Origin: Trichoplax sp. H2
Taxonomy: Eukaryota
Direction of reading: 5' to 3'
Length of the DNA: 64,000 bases
Assembly (NCBI GenBank): GCA_003344405.1
Contig: NOWV01000011.1
Coordinates: 620,001-684,000 of the forward strand
Below the pieces are notes generated by a model. The model had not been told where the DNA came from. It saw only the letters and a program-made list of their open reading frames with translations, and did not search any database. This document shows, piece after piece, positions 53,447-64,000 of the stretch (the stretch's first letter is position 1; every line of letters starts with the position of its first letter). A program made the position numbers and the translations under genes.

Positions 53447-54487
53447 TGACGTATTGTTGTTCTGAACTCTCTATATGGATTAAGTCAACGACCAAAAAGG
53501 TGAGCGGCCAATAGATATAGTTAAATCTTCTTGCGTACAATACTACGTATACCGCTTGGATTACTGTGGAGGCTTTACATCGGGATTTTTTCGCAATGGA
53601 TACTGCACTTATTACCCATCGACATACGGTATATCCATTTGAATACAAATACCTTGATGTATTAAATTCAAAATATCATATTTGATACTTTCAAGTAAGA
53701 CAAACATACTTACTTGAATTCCGTTTAATCGACCTGATTGTGTACCATCGACATTATATCTCGACTTCTTCATTTCTCATGTACGTATCCTGTTATATTG
53801 CGATTATTATGTATTTAGAAAAAAATTGACAATGCCTTCACGACTCATAAAAGTTCTGAACGCTTGTGATATATTAGTTAGCTACATTTGTCTTTATTCT
53901 TTGTGTCTCATAATGTACAAAAATGACTGTTTTCAATAAACCTTTACAGAAATTGAAAAGATTGATAAAGATGGTATCGTTTTGCAAATGACTAGTTTTA
54001 ATTTTGCTTAAAGCTGAATGCGAGTACACCGGTATTTACAAGATTGCAGTATGAAGATAAAATTAATTTACAGGACTTTCAACTCTATGCGATTACAGCA
54101 ATATCGTTACAGAGTGTTGACTCCAGTACAATTTAAACATAAGTAAATACGTTGAAAAGATTGATATTGATTAATCTTCAAAATTATAGTGTTTTCAAAG
54201 CGATCGTAGCATTCGCGATAATTTGAGGTGGAGTAGTTTCCTGCTTAGCGTCAATTAGAATATCAAATGCGAATGATAATAGTGATTGCAGGGTTTTAAA
54301 TTACTATTACAGCCAATTCGCTAAAATGATTTTAATTTGACAATTATATAAAATGATATCAGATAGCAATTAACGTTAAATAATGTAGGAGTGGTGATGT
54401 ACAGGATCAATTGGAGAGTAGTTGCATATTAATTAACATGTAATAGACCTGTATTTAAAAGTTTCTTTATGGAGGTAAGTTGATACT

Positions 54488-57382
54488 TCATTTCGGTAAT
54501 ATTAACGAAATTTTTCCCTCAGTTTATGCCATTCACTTGCCACCGCAGTGCGTTTCTGCCAAAGATATTCCTGACCATATAGTATATACGCTCTAGGTTT
54601 GTTATGATAGCATAAAGCTTAAAATTTCTAAAGTTATGAAAACCCAGGTAATGCTTTTTTATTGTGTCTGACTAACCCTCCAAATAGTGCTCCACTTAGA
54701 TGTGCAGAATGACTCAAAAATCTCCACCTAAATAGTAGTCCTAATACATCAATGGCCATTATCGCTAGCATTCCCTAATAGTAAAAAGTGATCCTAAGTA
54801 TATTTGTAATAATGCAGCAATGGATAACATAGGGCATTTGAAAGTTCTTACGTGAGTAATTGGGAAAGAGAAAAATGGAAGAAATATTATAGATAGTTGA
54901 GTATCAGGTCTTTTCAAACATATTACTGCTAATGTTCCCATTAATGCACCAGACTAAAAGAAATCCAACCGTTCAATATTTTTACGTGGTAGTTTATATT
55001 ACATAATTTATGACACTATTCAGATTTACTTACCGCTCCAAGTCCAAACACCCGAGTGCTTCTAATTGCTAGATGATATAAGTTTTGGCCAAGTGAGGCA
55101 AACACGCCTATTAAAACAGAGTCAGATACACTGTTACACGTGTATTGTAATTGTTTACAAAGTTGAACGGATATTTAGCATGATAGCATATTCTTCAACT
55201 CTTAAAATTATCAATATTCTTTTAAGTTTCTAGGTTGTTCAGAACTCATCTACATTACCAGCTGATATGTACGTAGCGAAAAATTGCTCTTTACCAAGTA
55301 TATCTAGTGAATTGAGTCAAAATTGAGAACAGTTATTATCAAAGTAAGAATGTGTACTGAATTGCTTATTCACTTTGAAGACTGAATGAGATACTTGATA
55401 AAATTATTAAATGCTAGTAAAGTATGTGTATAACTCCCATCAAATAGTAGTACCGCATGCTAAAGGTGCAAAATTCCATAAAACAAACATATTCATGCCA
55501 AGGTGCCACCAATCGAAATGGCTGAAGGTGCTTGTTAATAGGGTTATAGATCTGCCTATATTTACGATAAGTAAAGATATTAGCTTTCAATGTTAATTCA
55601 TTTTGTAAGTAATAATAAAGAGATAGTTATCGCTATAAATGAGATTAGTAAATTCATAAATACTTTACCACTAGCAGGGTTGTTTGTAAACCATCGTACC
55701 ATAAATGGAAACAGCTTAGGGATCTTCCACAATGCAAACACTCCAGCATTAATAGCTATGATGGCTGAGTGATAAGAAAGTTCAATTAAGGCTTAGTTAG
55801 AATTAGCTATTAAGGCTAAGTTATTGATAAAATGCACATTTCTAAAGATGCAGCAATAATTGAGTTTTCAACCATCAATTGTCTATTTGCAACCATATTA
55901 ATTCTTTTCGAATTTTATAATTTAAATATGCAAGTAATTTATTTGGCTCTAACTTGTAGCAACTTTGCGACTATCCGGTAAGGAATTCCACCATCGATTG
56001 AGCTGCGAAAATGTGTAGAGACTCCATTGATTAGCTTATACAGTAATGACAATTATAATTATTTATTCTATGATGCATACAGCTAACATAATTTGAAAGG
56101 AATATAAGTTTGTTGATTGATTATACGATATCGATAGCGTTGATTAGTACAGATGTATTTCCAAAAGTGAAGTACGTTTTGTAGTCCTACCTTTCTCCTG
56201 AATTCGCCATTTTTGTATCGTGTAAAATCCTGAAAGAAATCTTTAAAAGGGCCCCGTATCCTGCTTAGCCCCATGATACCCAATGATCTCATTTTCTCAT
56301 ATTCGGCAATGATAGCACCTGTAAAGCTTACGGCACATACCTTTCAAATATAATATTAAATGTAGTTGTTACACTTTTATGAAGGGTAATATAGTAATAT
56401 CACATAATTAAATATTGCAGCCACGCAAGCTTACAGCAACACTGAATATGAACGGTTTCGTTACTAAGTTACGAAAGCTTGCATTCCGGTTCTTCTCATG
56501 CATATAACGGTCCGTAAATTTGTCAGCATTGTCATGTGTGCTACGTCTTAATTGTCCCGGTCTAAACTGATGGCGGACAGCGTCCAATCGGAAGGGATTG
56601 TGCGTAGAGATATTTCTAAAGTAGAATTAAATAGAACTTATTTAGTGACTATTACTTCATTCATTATTAACATATAATCGATTCGTTATTGGAGATTCAA
56701 ACAATAATGTTCAACTTATTTTTGTTATTTGCTACAAGGAATCGGATCGCAAACATACATAAAACTGGCGATATCATGCTATCCACAATGTAGTATACTT
56801 AGGAGAAATCCATTATTAATTATTGGTCTTAAATGTTGAATATGCAGCATCTATTTGACCACTGCGTTTATTATGAGCACTAATCTCAGCAGTAATAGGA
56901 ATTACAGGTCGTGTTGATAAACTAATCATAGCGTCCGTGACAGCCTAAAGTAATGATAATAATCCAGAATGTACAGTAGAATGAATCAGATATCTCTCTC
57001 TATATACAGTACATGAAAGTAGTTCCTTCTGATGCTGCTAATACAAGTCTTGTATCATTATTATTTCTCTTACTTCTGCAGAAAAATATCCCAGTCTCAC
57101 TATTTGATTAATAGAATTACTGCATAGGTACTGTAATGAACACAAATTGCACTCGATCGTCATTGCTAATTTATAGTCATTTGCATGGCATTGGCGCTCT
57201 AGTATTTAGTGAGTTAATTTGTAATGCAAGGTCAAGATTTAGCGCTGATAGCATATAAGATATGCACTTAACGATCAATAATAGAATTGATCATTTATTC
57301 TCAAGGCGTCTACGTACCTGATGCAGAGTCTAGGCAAGCCCCTCGAGATTGCAGTAACCGTTGTTAAACCATTGATCATCAT
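54488..57382 (-). CDS. PARL: Mitochondrial rhomboid protease (presenilin-associated rhomboid-like), about 11 exons
   Basis: Catalytic GA|SGA (Ser) is split by the intron at 54954-55033; HSAHLSGALFG (His) is present. Also TFSHFDWWHLGMNMFVLWNF, ILGKEQFFATYISAG and IFLPFFSF. The first exon, 57318-57382 (MMINGLTTVTAISRGLPRLCIR), resembles a mitochondrial presequence and joins in phase 2. Confidence 0.88.
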
Positions 57383-57729
57383 CGTCGCTTGAACACTATC
57401 GAGACTTCTCCTAAGGGTATACTCTCATGTACTCTACACACCGCCAGTTGTTCAATGAATATACACTGTACAAGAAATGATTGCCTGTGATTCCTTAGCT
57501 CATGTAATTTCCTATTGAGATGTTATTAAAGCTAGTGGATATTGTTATTGATTAATTGAAGATTTGTAGTCTTGTATTATAGGAGGAAGGAGCTGAGTTG
57601 CGTGCAGAGCCGATCGTCGGGTTGTCTTTCACACGCTTGACTACTGTACGAAATGATGGAAGATTTTCATACTAAGTGAGCATCGATTGTACACTTTCCG
57701 GTATTCATGTTTTGGGCTGCATACACGAC

Positions 57730-58320
57730 ATAGTACTGTGCCATTATACTGTAGTACCGTACAGTACAGTATTGCACACTCTATGCACAGTGTACACGTC
57801 AGCTACGTACAGTATAGTACTGTGTGTACTGTAAGCTTCTACCGTACAAAGATATCACGATACAGTACAAATCACTCTGGGAGTATCCCGCCATCTATTT
57901 CACCCATTGCTGTATGCACAGTGTACTGTACAACACAGTACAATGTACTGTACAGTACAAGATGCATGTCGGAGTACTTAGTACTGTAGTACTGTAGTGT
58001 ACAGTATTGCACACTCCATGCACAGTGTACAGTGTACAGTGTACAGTACAAGAGGCATACCGGTGTACTGTACACTGTACGGTACAGTACTGTACTGTAC
58101 TGTACTGTACTACACATACTGTACTGTACAGTACAGTAGTTTACAGCCCGTACTGTAAACTACAGTACTAGAAAACTTTGAATAGCAGTACGCAAACATG
58201 ATGCCATACTGTATTCAGTAGAAAGCTAGATCCAATTGACGTACAGTACAGTACAGTTGCTACCCATATTGGCTAATGCACTGTAGCTAGTCGCCCTAAA
58301 AAGTACTGTACACTTACTGA
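57730..58320. repeat. (CAGTA/TACTG)n degenerate satellite between the PARL and COG3 starts
   Basis: Dense cagta/tactg/tgtaca units. A 33-bp word, gtacagtattgcacactc(t/c)atgcacagtgtaca, occurs at 57764 and 57999. Confidence 0.93.
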
Positions 58321-58412
58321 CTGAACTGCAGTATCAAACGTCATCATAAGCCCAAAACAAAGCCACTGATGCCAAATCAGCCAAAACGCCTGCAAAATCT
58401 GCCAAAGTGAAC

Positions 58413-61400
58413 ATGGCGGCGTTGTCTTCTGTTCGTTCCAAGCAGGGCAATAAGAGCCAAATGGATCAATTGTCCTTATGGAATAGCAAGAATGAATGTA
58501 TTGCTCCTCTAAGCGAGAGCCAAATCGATAGTATTCACCAGTTGGCTTTGCTATCCAGACATTTACCTATGCCATCTGATGTTACTCAGGTAGGTCTAGG
58601 ATTAGCATTATCAGTCAAGGATGGCCATGCAATGGCTGGAAGGAAGCGATCTTATTTTAGCATAGAACGATTGATAATTGTGTTTTGACGCAGTGTTATA
58701 GCTTTTACGATGCATATTAGGTAGTGTAGTATAATTTGTCTTTGTGGATTACATAGAATGTTTTATTTATGATATATAGACGACGATGAAAGCGGAAATC
58801 AAGGATGAAAAAGATCAAGCAAAGTCGATCAGTTCTATACCCGCTTCTCCACGATCGCCTAATATGCCAGAATCGTTTGAAAATCATGGCATGAAACAAC
58901 CTGTCGAAACAGCACAACAGGTATTAATCTGACTAAATTGGAACCAATAGAAACACTTAAATCATTCCATCGTACTCTCTCTTGTCTATAATGATATTAC
59001 AGCGCTGTCGTTGCTTTCTTTAAATTCGTCAATCATCACTATGGCAGCAAGAACTGGATGTCAGAGTCATCATTAATGGCGACATGTAGCAATGCATTGT
59101 AACACTTTATTCCTTTTTCTAGTTCTTTTCTTGGTTCGCAGATGTTGAATTACAGATGGAAAGTGAACAGGAACAAGAATATAGGTCAGTTGCAAGCTAA
59201 GTGGCGTATACAGCCGCCTTCGTACTTGTTAATTTACGGCTACTCTGACGAGTACAATGTTGCTATCAGCAGTGGTAAAACACCTGCGTAGATATAAAGA
59301 TAGACGCATTAGTTACGTTATCAACTTGGACTGCACTTTGACCAATGACAATATTGGAGGTTTTACAGCTTCTTAAAGAATTCTTTTAATATGAACTATT
59401 GTTACCTTTGAAAATAGTAATCATTTCCTTTACAAGTTACCCTACAGTGTTATAGTTTCACTTTTACTGCAAAAGGTGATGTTATCGGGATTGGTTTAGA
59501 AATGAAATCAAATAGAATGATATGTAATTTGAATGATAGAGCATACAGCGATCAACTTGATCAATATTACCAGCTGTGTACGAGCATCGAAGAACAGATT
59601 GATAATGCTTTATATCACTTGGAAGAATTAAAAGATCAGCATGTTACGGTTTCCACTAAAGCGAATACATTGCACGCTGCTTGTGAAAAATTACTAGCAG
59701 AGCAAGTGAGTTAATTCACGCTATTTTATCTTTTCGGCTTATTTGTTCAAGGTATTTTTACTAGGTATTTTAGTGTATAACGCTTACCATTGTGCTAGTA
59801 AAAATATTTTACCATATTCTTACATCGTACTTCGAAACTAAAGCATGCAAATAACTTTGATGTTAGTAGTACATTGCACAATACTGCCTGTTTTAGAATT
59901 TGTAATGTTCGTCAATAGATTAAGTATCTATTATTTTGTGTACTTTAAGACAAAGCTGATGACTGTTGCTGAAAGTATAAATAACAAATTATCCTACTTT
60001 AACGAATTGGAAAAATTAAGTCGGGTATGTAAATGATAATTAAAACAAATTCCATTGTAGTTGGTAAACTATTGAAGATATTAAGGAATGGGGCAATGAA
60101 TTCATTTTTTACTTATTCTGATAGAAATTAAGTTTACCAACACTCTCGGTTACATCTGAGGCGTTTGCTAATATCCTTGCAAGACTTGATGAATGTCTTA
60201 GTTTCCTACAGTTAAATGTAAGTTATGTAAATACCCATCGATGATTATGTACTATTAGATTTATTGATTTATTTCTGTACCTTTATTAATTTTATAAATT
60301 TGTGTTGCTTTTATTTTCTAGCCAAGCTATAAGGAATCACAGATTTATACTCTGCGATTTCGTCAATGCTTACTCAGGTCATTAAATATGATAAAGCATT
60401 ATGTAGTGTCTAGGTTCAAAAATACCACACAGATAATTCTCAAACAGGTACTGTGTACTCTAGTTTCAATTTTAGTGCAACCTATAAGCGTATTTATAGA
60501 CTATGATCTAGTGTATCTTATATGCGAGTATGTACAAGCCTACCGACTTAAAATTTAAATTAAAACAAATTTTATAGACTAATCGAGTAATACCTCCGGA
60601 AAGAGTATTTACTGAATATTACAATAACTTTCGTACGAGCTCAGCGAAAGTGAAGGTATGCAATTCTATTGGATATCCACAACGTTTGGTAATCGTTATT
60701 TTATAATTCCTAAATTGAATATACTTTGTTATTAGGTTGTTACTGAACTAGTGGAACAACGGGCAAATAAAAGCAAAGAGTAAGGACTAAAAATATAAAA
60801 TTGTTCTATGGATGCGCCATGTAACCTTATTATCTATTGATAGGTATTTTGCGCTATTGCAAGACTGCCGCCAGTGTTATACAACTCAACGAATTGCAAT
60901 TATGACAGGCTATATTCAAAGATGGATTCAAACTATTCTACAAGAGCATCTTCGCGATCATTGTGCCCAGGTAGATGATGAAAGTATACTGCAATGATGG
61001 ATACATACTTTGTTGCTTTGGAAAAAGTTTATCATAGTAAAACCAAGTTTCCATCTAATAGGTTCGAGCAGGCTGCAAATTTATGCTGCATGTCTGCCAC
61101 GATGAATACGAGTTATATTTTAATTTCTATGGTATGGGAAGCGATGAAATTAGGTTAGCCAAAAAAGCAATTAGTAAATGTGTTGACACGAGTAATATAT
61201 CGCCCCTTCGTTTACACTTTTCTATCACATATTATAGTCAGCTTTTAGAATACTTTTCGAATTGCTTATACACATCCTTGCGACCTGTTATTATCAAAAT
61301 AAATCACTTGGAAACCCTCGCAGAACTTTGTTCAATCTTAAAGGTAATCACCATTGATATATTGTTAAAGGCGTCTATGTCTGAAATAGTTACATATTTT

Positions 61401-63649
61401 ATTGAACTGCGTTGAAACAGAGTTTCTGATACGAGATAAATTGATACTTGCAGACTGAATTATTGGAAGATCAAATCATTCCTAAAGGTAAACTAGAAAT
61501 ATGAGCTTGTCATTTTAACTGCAAAACTTGATAACTCATTCCTGATATGCCATTTCCAAGGTGACGAGCTAGCAGCGTTCGGTTTAATTGTTTCTAATAT
61601 GCTCGAAGATGTACAAGAGAGGCTTGTATATCGAGCACAGGTAAAATTGTTTGTTGTTACTGTTGTATATTACTAATATAGTATTGGTATATTTGATTGG
61701 ACTTGTATTGACGCTCTTGCTAATTATTTTATTTATTAGGCATATATTCAAAACGATATTGATAGATATAATCCAGCACCAGGAGATTTAGCTTATCCTG
61801 ACAAATTGCAAATGATTCATGACATGGAAGTAAATATCATTTAAGTACAATTTTATGCTAGGGTAATGAAATTATGCATGCAGTACCACATGATGCTACT
61901 AGGGCTATTATTGTATTTTGACAATAGCAAAAGCAAACGCCTGAAGATAAAGAAGGATTAGATGATAGCTTTACTGATCCTGAAATGACTTCTATACCGC
62001 TTGGATCTTCAACCCCAATGAACCGACCAATGCAACCGCTACCAGTAGTTCCAACCGCAGATTCATATGCTATGTGGTATCCAACTGTGCGTCGCACATT
62101 GCTATGCTTGTCAAAATTATACAGATGTGTTGATGTAAGTAGGATGATTTAGTGAGCCTCTGCGAAGATATCGCTTAAATGTAGTTTTCACTTTTTCATT
62201 TAGAAATATATCTTTGAAGGACTATCCCAGGAAGCTATTTCTGTCTGCATCCGATCTTTAATCAAAGCTAGTCAAATGATTATAAGCAAAAAGGTTGCTG
62301 AGATTTTCAATATCATCTGAGTTAGTAACAACGAATTAAAATGCAGAATTATTTTCTTTTTGAATAGAGTAAAACCGATGGCTACCTATTTATTATTAAA
62401 CATATATTAATATTACGAGAACAAATAGCCCCATTTGAAGTCGAATTTGCCGTGAAAGAAACTTCACTTGACTTTAGCCATATTAAAGGTTTAACAATAC
62501 TTTTTAATACTTGAAATATTTTTTAATGTCTACTAACATCGCTTCTTGGTGTAAAATTGTTGTAGATGTTGCGTACGATTTGTACTTGAAGGGTCGCAAA
62601 GGTTTGACGTTGGATAGTAATAACACTGTTCTAAAGTTACTACTGGATGTAAGCTCAACTATAACGATAATTTTTTTTAAAATAAAATTGATTAAAAATT
62701 CGATTTGGAGGGAAATGATCTATAAAATCATATTGTTTTTATCTAGGGTATTCCGCATGTCACTGAAAGTTACGTCGATTCTAAAGAAAATGTGAATAAG
62801 AATTTAAAGGAATATTGTCAACTATTTATAAATCATGTCACAGATCTGTTTGTAGCTCCTATTAAAGCATTTATGGATAGGGTAAGTATTGCATTTTCTA
62901 AACATTGTTCGTATGTAAGAAAATATCTGAGCTACGTTTTGATTTTAAAATAAATTTGTGCGGTAATATAGGCAGAAGTGATTTTGTCAATGGACAAGAA
63001 CAACTCTAAAAATAATAAGGTTTTTCTGGCAAAACAACCTTTCGCGCAACCTGGCAAGTTATTTACAAATACAAACTATAATTTTATGTTCTCAGTTTTA
63101 GCAGTTAATTTATGGTTATATTTTTCTGAAATCCTTTAGAAAAAGTTCGTGAAGTTATTAATGAAACGTATACAGGTATAAAAAGAAAGGTTACCGGCAT
63201 TTTAATGAGTATGTCTATTTATTTGTCCAACAAAGATACCGAATACATTCTATTTAAGCCAATTAAGGTAATAACGAATTAGTTTAGGTTTTTCTTATTG
63301 AATCGTTCGACGTGATTTAAACTATCATGATTTCCTGGATCGCTAAAATTTAATATTTGGCGTATAATTAGGCGAATGTATTACAAACTTTTAAGAAGGC
63401 ATCAGAACTGATTTCGTCAAATTATTCTGATGAAGACCAACAAATTATAGGCTGTCCATCTCAAGATCAGGTAATTACATCGTTAGATGTTATATATATT
63501 AAAGACTTTATCACAAAATTCTTCCATGAGGATGTCTTGAATGTCTTTTACAGTCAACACAACTGTTATAGTTATGCATTTCTTATTTTGTTTACTTACT
63601 AAATTAGGTTACAATGCTACTTGCAACAACGAAAGTAGCAGAAGATTGA
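58413..63649 (+). CDS. COG3: Conserved oligomeric Golgi complex subunit 3 (Sec34), about 24 exons
   Basis: Motifs [84 protein letters not shown] and [16 protein letters not shown]. Ends [13 protein letters not shown]. Confidence 0.93.
63054..63139 (+). other. GC-AG intron in COG3
   Basis: Donor G|GCAAGT gives KQPFAQP-E-KVREV in frame. The nearby GT donor would give a frameshift and a stop. Confidence 0.7.
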
Positions 63650-63874
63650 AACGTTACGAGATTATAATATTAAGAATTCTATTATTAGCAACAGTGTGGC
63701 TTTTATTGCAAACAATGCAATTTGTATATATGTTAAAATTGAAGCTTGCTTCATCATTTTCCCTTTCAAATTAACTTGTCCATAATATAATGTATTGAGC
63801 AGTCTTTATAGCACTAAGATTATATCGATCTGTGATAATTTTTGTTTTGAAACAGCAAAATATGCGGCTATATT

Positions 63875-63900
63875 TAGCAACGGTAGCAACGGTAGCAACG
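63875..63900. repeat. 9-bp tandem repeat (TAGCAACGG) x3
   Basis: tagcaacggtagcaacggtagcaacg. Confidence 0.85.
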
Positions 63901-64000
63901 TGAAGTTATTGCTACTCTCTTTACTGTACTGTATGTATGTCTCTAACTGCTATTACAATTTGGAAACTAAATCAAAATTTTTATTAAACATTTGTAACCT

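Noticed and set aside
56799-56944. Possible extra PARL exon or start (MISLSTRPV...) in intron 1
   Set aside because: All frames hit stops and no phase-compatible donor was found. The exon at 57318-57382 joins 56615 directly in frame.
57687-58117. ORFs 57687-57989 (+) and 57872-58117 (-)
   Set aside because: Same satellite-translation artefact.
60171-60178. ATATCCTT resembling a U12 AT-AC donor in COG3
   Set aside because: It lies inside a continuous coding exon ([12 protein letters not shown]).

Overview
AT-rich, intron-containing animal genomic DNA. The base composition, roughly 70-150 nt introns and protein content fit an early-branching metazoan such as the placozoan Trichoplax; that assignment is an inference. 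From left to right the window holds: (1) a minus-strand tandem array of four class C (mGluR/CaSR-like) GPCR genes, three complete two-exon genes plus the first exon of a fourth that runs off the left edge; (2) a minus-strand axonemal inner-arm dynein heavy chain (DNAH2-like, about 32 exons, one of them 8.5 kb); (3) ARGLU1 (+); (4) the mitochondrial rhomboid protease PARL (-); (5) COG3 (+). Both head-to-head intergenic regions (DNAH2/ARGLU1 and PARL/COG3) carry (CAGTA/TACTG)n arrays. The strongest leads are a candidate ARGLU1 poison exon in the intron equivalent to the human ultraconserved one, an intron-free 8.5-kb dynein motor exon, shuffled cassettes inside the promoter satellite, and GPCRs with a remodelled ligand pocket and a Cys-Cys to Tyr-Tyr swap. 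A U12 intron and an RFX X-box at DNAH2 are also noted. All splice sites were read by eye.
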